NCBI RefSeq assembly: GCF_009914755.1
Contig: NC_060929.1
DNA length: 64,000 nt
Source of the DNA: the human T2T-CHM13v2.0 reference genome, Homo sapiens
Strand: one strand, 5' to 3'
The position numbers and the translations under genes are program-made. The notes under the pieces are model-generated. The model was not told the DNA's origin and did no database searches. It saw only the letters and a program-made list of their open reading frames with translations. This document shows, one piece after another, positions 1 through 15,600 of this stretch (positions are counted from its first letter, which is position 1; each line of letters starts with the position of its first letter).

Positions 1-442
1 TGTTAGAAGATCAAAGTACTAGATATGAGAGCTGATGCTGACATCTTGGGTCATGTGCAAATTTAATTGTAAGCAAAGGAATCCAACTGGGAGGAGTACT
101 GGGAGTATAAGGGTCTGGGAGAGAGGGCCCTTCATTTCAGTGTCCGTTCTCAGGCAGAACTGAAGTTTCAGTAATATATGAGGATTTTTTGGTAACTTAA
201 AGTACAGTACAGCCAGGCCTTGTGGCACCTGGGAATCACCAGCAGCCAAGGACGTGTGCATGCTCTCTCCCTCTGTCTTCGTCCCCCACCCCTCGCCACT
301 GCTACCACCACCACATGGGCTCTGTTACTGCTTTGTCCATCCCCTCACTGGTGGTTGGATTCCTTTGTTTACGATTAAATTTGCACATGACCCAAGATGT
401 CAGTATCAGCTCTCCTATCTAGTGAACTTTCATCTTCTAACA
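1..442. repeat. Inverted repeat, arms 1-87 and 354-442 (~92% identical; left arm may extend beyond the window)
   Basis: The reverse complement of 1-87 aligns to 354-442 with 5 substitutions and one 2-bp indel. ORFs 19..261(-) and 222..422(+) share the peptide VGFLCL.LNLHMTQDVSISS. Confidence 0.9.
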
Positions 443-2211
443 TCCAAGTGTCTGTCCTAATTCTAAAATTCCACGAAAGAAAACCATTTGGTCCAGATCA
501 TCCTTTTAAGACAAGCCTCACAAGTCACCTTTTCTGGCTAAGTACCCATCCAGTCAGCTGGTGGGAGGAGGCCCGCCATGTGATCGCTGTCCATGCAGTC
601 GGGCCGGTGTGCAGCAAACTGACAGATACGACCAATATGTCATGAGATAGTTACTGAGCACCTACTCAGTAGTTGCTAGTGATTTAGAGCTCAGAAGGAG
701 CTCAAGGTAGGGAAGTCTGAAATAAACCAGGAGTTAGGATGCACTAGGGTAACTCTGAAGGTAGCAAGAAACACAGCGCCCTCTGGAACTATAGAGAATT
801 GGGTGACCAGGGTATTTCCTCTATGGCTGGATCATCATTCAAAAGACTCAAATAGGGCCATTCCCTCCACTTGAGCTCTGTGAAATGGGCCTCTGGGCAT
901 TTAAAGAGGTTACCAGTCAGGGTTCTTTAACGAATAAAAGTGGAGCTGCAGAATATGGTGCCAGTACCCCTCTCCTAGATACTGCATAGCTTCCAACTGC
1001 CTCTGGCTCCTGAAAAATATCACAACAGATCTGGAGGAGAAGGGTCTCTGAAAAATTTATGAATGCTTATAACTTAATTGAGGTAGGTTATTTCCCTGCC
1101 TATATACACATTGGCATGATCTGATGGTCTGTGGTCAAGAGACTCATAAGTAATTGGCCTGTGCTGCATGTTATTGTGACAAGGATGAGTAAGACCTTGT
1201 TCCTACTCATAGTGTAGTTCATTCAAGCAACTAACATTTATTGAGCTCCTAGCATAAGTCAGCTTCTATGAATTCCAGGGTAAATGACGCCTGCTCTCTG
1301 CTGTCAAGTAGCTCCTAGCACACAGTGCCATAAGAGTGAACTAGTTGGGTGAACAGAAGACGGGAGGAAATGAGAAGGTGCAGGGAAGAATAGGAGTAAT
1401 GGCAAGAGAGGCTAAGAGAGCATAGTGTATATTCAGGAAATTCTAAGAGATGTATGATTTAAGCATAGAGTAGAAGTCAAGAAGCAGGAAGAAATGAGGC
1501 TAAAGGAAGACCTTATTATATCACGCTTCAAGGGTCCCAACAGGGCTCAGCAAATGGACACCAGGAATTACTGGCACGTAGCCACTGTCCTGGGGAAGCG
1601 TAAGCAGACTGGTGATGGAGGTCTTGGTCAAATGTAAGTGTTCATTTGCATATCCATAGTTAATAGAGCAGAAGGGAAAGGGGTTCTCCAGACCACGTTT
1701 TAACCTCCTTTCTCCGAGGAGACTGGTTCCTGATGAGAATCCTTGACAGAAGCGGGGGCTTCCTCAGTGAATACTCAGAACAATATAGTGTGTGAGTCCT
1801 GGCTAAAGTCAAAGGGTGTGTCAGGCTTCATATCAGAGGTTTCACTGCTTCTCTTCAGCTTGAATAGTTTTGTTTTTTAGTTGGCTGTGGAAGGGCACCT
1901 GTTAGGTACTCCTAACAGACTACAGCATCACCAGGACAAATGGGTCAGATAAATGAAGGTTTTATTACTGTTTTCAGTTCTGGAAGACTTGGGCCTTTGT
2001 ATGTCAGTTCTTTGCCATCTGGGTGACAAGTAATAAGAGCACTTTTGAACCTTCCAACATCAACAGGAGAAGGACTCCTGGTTCCAAGGACATGGGACCT
2101 GAGCAAGGCACTTAACAGATGAGTGCCTCAGTTTTCTCATTTATTAATAGGGCAAACCTCAGTTTTTGGTTGCATTAGATAATGTAAAGTGCTTGTAAAA
2201 GTGCCCAACAT

Positions 2212-2498
2212 GGCCAGGCGCAGTGGCTCATGCCTGTAATCCCAGCACTTTAGGGGGCCGATGCGGGCGGATCACCTGAAGTCAGGAGTTCAGCCTGACC
2301 AACCTGGGGAAACCCCATCTCTACTAAAAGTACAAAATTATCCAGGCGTGATGGCGCATGCATGTAGTCCCAGCTACAGGGGAGGCTGAGGCAGGAGAAT
2401 TGCTTGAACCCGGGAGGCGGAGCTTGCGGTAAGCCGAGGTCATGCCATTGCACCCCAGCCCGGGCAACAAAAGTGAAACTGTGTCTCAAACAAAAAAA
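2212..2498 (+). mobile_element. Alu (AluS-type)
   Basis: GGCCAGGCGCAGTGGCTC start, two-arm Alu body, A-tail. Confidence 0.95.
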
Positions 2499-2689
2499 CT
2501 CCCAACATGTAGTTAGTGCTCAATACATATTATCATTCTTAAATTCCTGAAAACAATAATATCCAAACTCCTGAGCATAGCACCCAAAACCCTTCAATAT
2601 CTTAGAATCATTAGGCTCTCAAAGCAAATGCCTTGTGGAAAGGTTATATAATTGTGGGAGGCTACTTGTAATTGTGGACTGCTGTCATT

Positions 2690-3200
2690 GCCTCCTCATT
2701 GGTCTTCCTGTATCCCCTCTAGCCCCACCACTGTCTGCCTTCTTTGAAGCTGACCAGTGCGTCTATCAAAACGTGCCCAGCCATGTCACTCTTTCAAATC
2801 TAATCATTTCCAGGCACAGAAATAAATCCAAATTTCCTTCCTTCAAGGCCTGTAGTTACTCCTGCAACAGCATCTCGCAGTCTTCCTTGTTCAGTAGGCC
2901 CTCGCCAGTCATACTGACCTTGCCAAGCCTGGAGTTCACCAAGCACACTTCTCTCTGGTCAGCATTTCTGTTCCCTCCCTTTAGAAGGCACTTTACCCAT
3001 ACAGTCACATCGTTTCTTCCCTCACTGTATTCAAATCTCTGCTCAGGTGTTACCTCCTCAAAGAGAACTTCCAAAACTGCTGCTTGAAATAATTCCCCGC
3101 CCCATCACACCCTAACCCCTAACAGTAGTGTTATCACTACCAGATAAATACTTTCTACTTGTCTGACCCCTCCTCTAGTACAATTAAAACTCCATGAGTG
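2690..3200. mobile_element. Old L2-like LINE fragment
   Basis: L2-like motifs (CTCCTCATTGGTCTTCCTG, TTCAAATCTCTGCTCAGGTGTTACCTCCTCA, AAACTCCATGAG); recognised by eye only. Confidence 0.55.
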
Positions 3201-3879
3201 CAGGGTTTTCACAGCTATTTCTCCAGCCCCTGGACTCGGGGTTCTTACTCTCTGGAGCCCAGTTTGAGTGACCTGGAGTCACGAGGGAGGCGAGAGAGAA
3301 GGGTTACCAGCGATACTCACACAACATCCTCCCCCTCTGGTGCTTTGCCGGGTCCCTGGGAACTGCTACAGGGGCTGCACAGCGGCTGACCCTGGCCTTG
3401 TCAAGCACTTGACACATAAGTGCTCCAAAGTGTCTATGGAATGAAATCTTCAATAAAACTCCAAACAGAATGCTGTAGTCACTGACACTGCTTCCTAAAA
3501 CGTGGCCAACAATTCCGTATGTGACAAACAGGTCACATTCTTGATTTTTTTTAACGACCAACAAAGTTAAAACCCTCTCATCTTTCCTTCCTGAGCTCCA
3601 TGCAAATTACCTATTCAAAAGCAACTAAGTATCTCCAGTTGGATATTCTTAGGCATCATCTCATCCTTGCCAGTCTCTGCAAAATATGGTCGACAAAAAT
3701 AAATACCACCTTCTTAAATACCACCCAGCTGTCCAAGATGGAGACTTCCTGGCATCCAGGCGCCTTCCTCTCCCTCGTCCCCACCTCTGAGAAGTTCCCA
3801 AGCACGAAGTGTTCTGCGTCCCGAACATTCCAGGGGCCGCCAGCCACCATGGGCTCTGTCCTGAGGTGCCAAGCAGGAC

Positions 3880-5110
3880 ATCCCTGCCCGACATCCTTGT
3901 CCTCCCGCACCGCACACGCGTTAGTGGCTGTGGCGTCGCCACCCCAGCACACGCTGGCCCGCCCGCAGTGCCAGGCTGGAAGTGTCGGGCGCTTGCCAGG
4001 CCAAGGGGCAATTCTGTTGCCTTCCAGGCCTTTTCGGCGCGGTCCCAGTCAGGAACGCGCCCTGTCGCCTCCCACTCCGTCTTCCGGACCCTCCCGATCC
4101 TCTCTCGTCAGCGATCGGGCGTCGCTCCCCTGGACTAACCTCCCTTGCCCCATCTTCAGCTTTTCGCTGATCTGCATCTTCCTGCGCCTTAGTGCAAGGC
4201 AGAGACCTGGTTCTAAAGCGAACGGAACGGAACCGATTCTGTAAGTTGCAATGAGCGCGCTGAGGTCGGCGTGGAGGGGTCTCTGGGAAAGGTAGTTTCC
4301 GCGCCTAAAGCGCCGGGGCCGGGCCCTGTTCCCGCAGGCGCAAGGCAGCACTGTCTCCGCCGATTGTCCCTCTGGGAAGTGGAGTCTGGCCGGCGGAACT
4401 GCAGCAGCCCTGAGACTTGTGGGAATTCGGCCCAAGGGTTCCCAGGGCAACGCGCAAGCGCAGTTCGGCTCCCGGCTGCAGACTCCAGCTCATTGTGTTC
4501 TGACTGCGATGTGGCGCTTGCGATCTCTCGCCGCCGGCAGAGGCTCCTCGAAGAGCGACACGGGGCTGACCAGGCACGGTGGTCAAAGCCGCAGAGGGAG
4601 AGCGGGAGCGGTCGTGAGGTCGTCTGGGGAGAAGGGCGGAGGCAAAGCCGAGGAGGTGCGGGTTGTGGTCCATTCTGGAGGACGCTGATCGAATGCCCCA
4701 AACTTCCCGGAATGTATGTCTGAGATTTGATCCCAGAGAGGGAGGACGGCCAGGGGTGGTCATCCTGGGCTGAGGGTCGAGTCTGTGAGTGCCTGTGGAG
4801 GAGATGGAGCCAGGGCCTCTGGCATGTGTCTTGGAGCGGACTCCGAGAAGCCCAGGGTTTCCTCTCAGGTGATAGATACACGCCTGGCGTGGTTCCGAGT
4901 CCTGCGCCAGGAACTCGCCAAGGCCGGAGGCAGCCGCTGCGCAGCCCCTGCCACAGCCCCCGAGGGACCTGGCGAAGCGGCAGGGGCGGGACGGGGCTGT
5001 GTGTGATTAGGGTTCCTAACCCTTCCCTCTCCCCTCCCGCCCAGCTCACACAAACGCCGCTTCTGCCCACCCGTGACTCCAGGCCACCCAGACTGGGCCC
5101 CAGAGAGTGA
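3880..5110. promoter_or_regulatory. CpG island / ZNF454 promoter with ZNF143(SBS)-like motifs
   Basis: Dense CpG and high GC. Reverse-strand ACTACCTTTCCC (~4285-4296), GACTCCACTTCCCAG (~4372-4386) and TTCCCACAA (~4416-4425); TTCCCGGAA at 4704-4712. Confidence 0.85.
4460..4713 (+). other. ZNF454: Probable non-coding exon 1 of ZNF454 (start approximate)
   Basis: Lies in the CpG island and ends at donor AAT|GTATGT. The TSS cannot be fixed from sequence alone. Confidence 0.55.
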
Positions 5111-5390
5111 GAACACTGAGGCCAGAGAAGGGTTTGCCTGAGAGGCTTCGACAGTGAAGAGCCTTCTTAGCCTCCTTTCTGAGGAGGAAGAAGACCACCC
5201 TCCTTTTCCTCTTCTCCTGTCACTGCCAGATAAGGCAGCTGTTCCAAAGCCGCAGAGGGAGAGCGGAGCGGTCTTCCAATCCAGTCGAACCCAGACACTG
5301 CCCTCCGTTGCCTCTCCCCAGCGCTCCCACCTTTTCGGGTACATCCTGGTGGGTTCTGGAGCTGAATAACTTGTTAAAGAGATAATTCTC

Positions 5391-5793
<403 letters not shown>

Positions 5794-6060
5794 TCAATGT
5801 ATAGTACCCTCAGAAGGAGGAGAGAGAATGGGGAGCAAACAGGAACCAAAACACTCACTGCTTGGGGTACTGGAGGCCTCCCAGGATGTGAATGCTCACT
5901 GCCTCGCTCTGGACTGCTGTATGAGAGCTTTTGACCCAGTCCTCTCCTAATAGCAGGTGTGTGGACCCTTCTAGCCTGAGGAGTCCTGCAGGTGTGAAGC
6001 TCCACACCTGCCTCCATAGCACTTTGCCTGTCCCTAAGAGGGCTCATCGGAGAAGAAAGA

Positions 6061-6093
6061 ATGGCTGTCAGCCACCTGCCAACCATGGTCCAG
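6061..6093 (+). CDS. ZNF454: ZNF454 first coding exon segment (MAVSHLPTMVQ)
   Basis: ATG at 6061 and donor CAG|GTGAGT, phase 0. The exon starts at 5954 or 5957 (TAGCAG acceptor) and joins in frame to the KRAB-A exon. Confidence 0.85.
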
Positions 6094-6401
6094 GTGAGTG
6101 GGGGTTTCTTCCCCCTAAATTGCTTTCTGGATTTGAAGAGTGTGGCATGTTTGCTTCCTCAGACCGGGAGCTTTATTCCCAATCCAGTCCCACCCAGACA
6201 CTGACCTCAGTTGCCTCTCCCCAACCAACACCCTCCAACCCCGCCCCATATCCGGCTCATCCTGGTGGGTGTTGGAGCTGTATAACTTGCTAAAGGTCAC
6301 ATAAATGTCACAGCTGGGACTGGAACCCAGGTCCCTGTGAAATCAAAACCTGTACTCTTTTCACTAGCAAGTAAGATTAGGGATCTGAAGTGGTAAAAGC
6401 A

Positions 6402-6813
6402 TGTATTAGTCCCTTTTTACATTGCTCTAAATAAATATCTGAGGCTGGGGAATTGATAAGAAGTTTAATTGGCCCACGGTTCTGTAGGCTGTACAGGAAG
6501 CATGGTGTCAGCATCCACTTCTGATGAGGACTTTAAAAGCTTCCAATCATGGCAGAAGGTGAAGGGGGAGCAGGTGTATCACACGGTGAGAAAGGGAGCA
6601 AGAGAGAGAAGTGGGAGGTCCTAGACTCTTAAACAACTGGATCTCACGTGAACCAACTGAGCGAGAATTCACTCATCACCAAGAGGATGGCACTAAGCCA
6701 TTCACGAGGGATCTACCCCCATGATCCAACACCTCCCACCAGGCCCCCCCTCCAACATTGGAGGTCACATTTCAACAGGAGAGTTGGAAGGGACATACAT
6801 CCAAACTATATCA
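6402..6813. mobile_element. MaLR solo LTR (MST-type)
   Basis: TGTATTAGTC...AACTATATCA termini; internal ATCATGGCAGAAGGTGAAGGGGGAGCAGG and CCCATGATCCAACACCTCCCACCAGG. Confidence 0.85.
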
Positions 6814-7012
6814 GGGCAGTATCTCACACAGAGCTCAAAGAAGGGCATTGTAGGAACACTTTTCTGGGGAGGTGTGATTTACTAGACTCTTTTTCTTTTA
6901 TGACATTTGGCTTTTTTACCAATGAAATTATTCAAAAGACTATTCTGCCAAAAAGTCCTATAAATTCCTAAAACGCTTTGAGCAGTCCTAGCATCTTTAG
7001 AATAAGAATATG

Positions 7013-7378
<366 letters not shown>

Positions 7379-8264
7379 TTAAATTGTTCTAATTCCTTCA
7401 CATTTAAACCTCCCCAAGGACTGGGATGTGTGGCAGGAATCACTGGAAAGGATGACCAGCTAGGTGGGAGCGCCATGTTCAACATAGCACAGCTCACCGG
7501 CTGTTCCCCTCCTCCTCTTGGCTTCTGACTTGTCACTTAGGACCCTTCTCATGCACCACTTTTTCTGCAAAACCTGTCCGCACCCACAGTGCCAGTCTAC
7601 TGTGATATTTTCCTTCCTTAACCTTTTCCTCAAAGTCACTGTCGGTGTCATACAATTTATCTTGTGTTTATAGGCTGCCTTGATTTGGTTGCCATTCAGC
7701 AGACATATGTTAGGGCTGTAAAATGTGCCAGGAATTATGATCTGGGCTACAAATACAAAGTGAACGATAAATGGGCCCTGACAAATTGGTTCATGGCTTC
7801 CATCCAAGTGTTTCTTGACTGCCTGTCATGGGCCAAGTCTCTGGGTGCAGGTAACGGAAACCTAATTCAGACTGCCTCAGGCAGAAGCAGGCACTGACTG
7901 GAAAGATATGGAGGTGTTCCCCCAAATGCAAAGGCAAAGACACAGCTAGATGTTGACTGTGGAAGTGGGATCTACAATAACCTGAGAGTCCTTTCTCTTG
8001 GACCTTTGGTTCCTTCTCTGGGCTTCTGCTTACCTCTTTTTTCTCAGTGAACACCAGCTCCCTTAACTTCTCAGCCAACTGGGAAGACAAGAGCTGTGAT
8101 AGCTACTGGATTTTACATGCTAGGTTAGGTTTCGGCTACACCTGTGTGTCAGGACAGAGAGACTTTCCTCTGTGACCCCCTCTCAGAGTTTCTAAGAAAG
8201 GGACTAGTTCTAATCAGAAGGAACAAGTTTCCTATTGTGCAGAATGACTGGTTCCATGGGACCC

Positions 8265-8998
8265 ATGTGTGTGTATGCACATGTGCACACGTGTGCATGT
8301 GTGTGTGTGTGTTGAGGGTGTGTGTCACAGGGTGTGTGTGGGGGTATTTGTGGGGGGGTGTGTGTGTTCGGGTGTGTGTGCGCGCTTGCATGTGTGCGTG
8401 TGTGTCGTGTGTGTGTTGAGGGTCTGGGGGGATGTGTAGGGCTGTGTCTTTGTATGTGAGTTTGTGTGTATGTGTCTGTGTGTTTGTGTGTGTGTCTCTG
8501 TGTGTGTATTTGTATGTTGGGGTATGGGTATGGGTATGTGTTGTGTGTATGTGCATGCGCACTTGTGTGGTACGTGTCTGTCTGTGTATGTTTGTGTGTG
8601 TTTGTATGTGGGTGTATGGATATGGGTTGTGTGTGTGTGTCTCTGTGTCTGTGTGTGAGTTTATGTGTGTTTGTGAGGGGTACGGATATGGGTGTGTGTA
8701 TGCTTGTGTGTGTATGTGAATGTGGGGGGGGTGTGTCGTGTGTGTGTATGTGGAGGGATATGGGTGTGTATGCTTGTGTCTGTGCATCTCTGTGTGGGGG
8801 GTGTGGGTATGGGTCTGTGTTTGTATATAGGTGTATGTGTGTGTCTGTGTGCTTGTGTATGTGTCTCTGTGTGTAGGGGGTGTGGATATGGGTGTGTGTT
8901 TTGTGTGTGTGTGTATGTGGAAGGGTATGGGTATGTATGCTTGTGTGTGTGTGTCTCTGTGTGTGGGGGGGTGTGGGTATGGGTGTGTGTGTGTGTTG
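8265..8998. repeat. Complex (TG)n-rich low-complexity array, ~730 bp
   Basis: Interrupted TG runs with recurring GGGTATGGG / GGATATGGG / GTATGCTTGTG sub-units. Confidence 0.95.
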
Positions 8999-9469
8999 AG
9001 GATGGGGAGGTACACACTGAAGAAAAGCAGGAGTTGCTGAGCAGCCACAGATAGGTGTTGAGTACATGGGCCGTGTTCCAGATGCAGGGAAGGCCAAGAG
9101 ATGTAGAGACAGACAGTCCACATCTTGGAGTTAACAGTCCAGCGGGGGAGACTGAAGGTAAACCAAACATCACAATAAAATGGGACAGTGTCTTGATGGG
9201 CCCTCATAGGCAACTGTAGGAGCCATCAGGGAAGGCTGCGCTGAGCGAGCGGTGTTGAGTGAGCCGTGTCTATGCTGAGACCTGCGTAGGATTTGGTCCC
9301 CTGGGGTGAGCGGAGAGGCAGGGCTAGGCGGTTTGAGGGAGATGGAGAAAATGTTCTGGGCTAAATGAATGGCAAGTTGGAAGTCCCAGTGCTGAGAAAG
9401 CCTATCTTCGCCACCATATATGTTTCTTCAGCGTGGAGAGCAATGTCTAGTCCAAGGCTAGGCCCCTAG

Positions 9470-9826
<357 letters not shown>

Positions 9827-10166
9827 TAGAAGAGTCGGTTGGACCAACTGAGGACGCTGTCTTCAAGGGTGCCATTAATTTTACCTGTCCTTGGTGTCCT
9901 GGGCACAGGCCTCTTTTGGAGTCCACTGCGGATGCCTCAAAAGTGACTAGGGTCAAATGCTTTCTTTCTGGCAAGGAGGGGAACATGGGATAAGATTGTG
10001 TCAGGCCTGAGTAATCTTTTCCTCCCTCTGGGAACACACCTGACCCTGGGCTTTCCTATCAAGTCCCATTTCCCAGCAAGCTCTGAGGACCAGGCTTTGT
10101 CTTTGCAGTGATTTTTATCTCTCGTATAAACAGATGTGGTTCATTTTTGTCTCCCCTTAAAAACAG

Positions 10167-10256
10167 GACTCTTAGGACCCAAACCAGATACGTTTTCCCA
10201 GCTAGAAAAAAGGGAAGTGTGGATGCCAGAGGACACCCCTGGAGGCTTCTGTCTTG
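10167..10256 (+). CDS. ZNF454: ZNF454 KRAB-B-like exon
   Basis: 90 nt, AACAG|GA...CTTG|GTAAG; GLLGPKPDTFSQLEKREVWMPEDTPGGFCL; phase-compatible on both sides. Confidence 0.93.
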
Positions 10257-11089
10257 GTAAGAATCATGTGTGTGGGAGACACCGGGAGGAGCCCTGCTGG
10301 GTAGGGAAGGCTCCGTAGGGAAGGCAGGGAGGCTTGCAGATGCACCTGCCTGAGGATTGAGAAAGAGCCTGTTTCACATTCGTTCACCTGAATACCTTGT
10401 TGCTACTTTTGTTCCAGCCTGCACTACCAACATGTAGCAGGCCTGGACCCTCCCCGCAATGATTTTTCTTCTCTCCCTGTTTGGCGTAGATTAGTAGAGT
10501 CTCTGGTCTAGAAAAGACTCAACTTCATCTGGGCAGTTCTCCCCACACCCCCATTCATGGGTGTCCTGTTCAGCATCTGACAGTGCAGTCTCTGCCTGCC
10601 CTTCTCTCATGAGGAGCCACAGCATGGCAGCTTCTGGTGTTAAGAGCCAGTTATCATGTGCCCACAAGGTATCTCCTCTAGCTACACATTGCACTTGTCT
10701 TCAACTACCTCCATATGTGTTTGTCCACGTGGGTTATTTATCTTCTACGTTTTGCTGGCCATTGTCTTTGACTGCAAGTGCCATGGAGCCCAGGTTATTG
10801 TATATTTTGCTGTGTTGCTCACACCTAGCGTAGTGCTTGGCACCTAGTAAGTGGCACAGACTTGTTGCCTGGGGATACAAAAGACATGACAGTTTGGTGA
10901 TGGTTACTTGTCTTGAGAAGCTCATTGTATCGGTGGCTTAAGGGCAGTGGTGTGTTTTTCTCCCTTAATCCCCAGTATTCGAGAGAGCTTGGTGCCTTAT
11001 CCAAGCACTGTAGCGTCTCCCTGTCAGCTAGCATTTTGCAGGCTGTGGAGTATTTTTATAAACCTTTTGCTACAGATTCTTCACGGTAA

Positions 11090-11533
<444 letters not shown>

Positions 11534-12176
11534 TAATATACCCAATAATATTCTGAATAGTCTATGAATTTGTATATTCCATTACCAAACTAAGGCATTT
11601 TAAATATTTTATTCTGTATTATACAAATAGTCTTATAACAAAAATGGAGGCAATTAAAAGAAATTCATCCACAGTTCTACCACCTTGGCATCACTGTTTT
11701 CACCTAAATCATTCAATCATCCATTCATTCATGATTCATGGAGTCTAATTCTTCATTGCACCCTTGAGAGAGGAGTATGGAGGTGAAGAGGACTTTTGTG
11801 CCTACAGAGATTTCATAGTCAGGTGTGGGTGATGACATGAAGGTACAGCCAACCACAGTTCAGTGCATCTGGGCCCCTGCCCACACTCTGTTCCCGCAGG
11901 CATGATTTCTGAGTTTCGTGGAGATGCCGCACTGAGGCTGGTTTGGGAAGGGTGATTAGCAGTTAGCCAGTCAGACGTCAGAGAAGACTTAATTTATGTC
12001 TCAAGAAAGTTTTATAGCTTTCCCATTTCCTATTAAAATTTTATATGTAGATCTAATTTATGTAAAATTTAATATATATTTTATATAAATTATTCTATGA
12101 ATTTATATAATTTATATTTAAAAATAAATAATAAATTTACATAATGTATAATTGATATAAATTATATGTACACAGA

Positions 12177-13496
<1,320 letters not shown>

Positions 13497-13991
13497 TAGT
13501 TTTTCTATTCTCTGTGCCATGAGCTAGGGGAAGGGGAGAAAGCTGACATTTGAGCACCTGTGGATCAGCACCGTGCTGAGAGATTTGGGGGGATTTGTGT
13601 TGGCTGCGCCTTTTCATCCTTATAACCTGTGAGGCAAGGATGACTGACTCCACTTCGCAGAAAATGGAGCCTCAACTGCTGAATTAATTTGGACTGATGT
13701 AATGCTGCTTTTAAGAGGCAAGTCAGGGTTAGCATGAAGCCGGCAGGAGACTCGCCCGATCCTTCAAGTGTTGCACTTTTTTCCCTTCTCCAAAATAGTT
13801 TTAATTACATATAAATTGTCCACTCACCAAACGTAAAGGAATGCTCAGCCAAAGGCTCACCAATGCTCGGTGATTCCTTAATTGAGGAGTTGCTAATACC
13901 TTTTATAATTTCTTCCTTATTTATTAATCTGTTGAGGTTTATTTTTGCTACATCGATTGTACATTTTATTCTTTAGCTTTATCTTTTTTGA

Positions 13992-14425
<434 letters not shown>

Positions 14426-15166
14426 CTTAAAGAACTGTTTCTTATTTATTGCTCTTACATGTAATTTCTACACACACCATTATCATTTCTTTGTTTCACT
14501 ATAAAATAAATTTATTTTGAATATCGTACATCATGTATACACAAAATAATATGTAGTATTTTTGAACAGTTTAAAGAATGATAAGGAAGAAAGGCCCGTG
14601 CCTCACCATCCAGCTTGGGTACTGGAGCGCTGCAGCACTTTTGAAGTCCACTGTGCCTCTCTTTGTGTTTTCTTCCTCTTATAACAAAGAGAGCTACTAG
14701 CTTGAATTTTATACCAGCATCTCCTGTGCTTCTCTTTGTGGGTTTGCCACAGACGTCTATAGATCTAAGCAATATTTGCTTTGCCGTTGCGTGCTTTAAA
14801 ACTTAACATGTATGTACTTTACTGTAGAAACCTTTCTACAACTGGCTTTTTTCAGATCCATGTTGAGGCACGTAGCTCTAGGTCATTTCTGAAATTGCAC
14901 TTTTCCTTCAGTGATATACCTTACTTTATCCAGTCTCCTGCTGCTGGCTGTGTAAGTTATTTCCAGACTTTTTACTATTATGGATAATGCTGACCTGAAT
15001 ATTCTTGTATATGTTTCCTTATATACATGGACCTTGTTTGGGAGTTTCTTTGCGTGTATTCATAGATGTAGAGGTACTGGATTTAAGGTTATATGCTCCT
15101 TCAACTTCACTAGATATTCTCAGATTGATCATCAAATTAGTTGTTCCAAATTATACTAACAGTTGA

Positions 15167-15600
<434 letters not shown>

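Noticed and set aside
600-2100. Non-repeat-looking stretch with an octamer ATTTGCAT (~1645)
   Set aside because: A single 8-mer with no supporting structure; no gene or RNA recognised.
8144-9213. Long His/Thr-rich and Val/Cys-rich ORFs (up to 354 aa)
   Set aside because: They are translations of the (TG)n array, which lacks stops; no domain or splice context.
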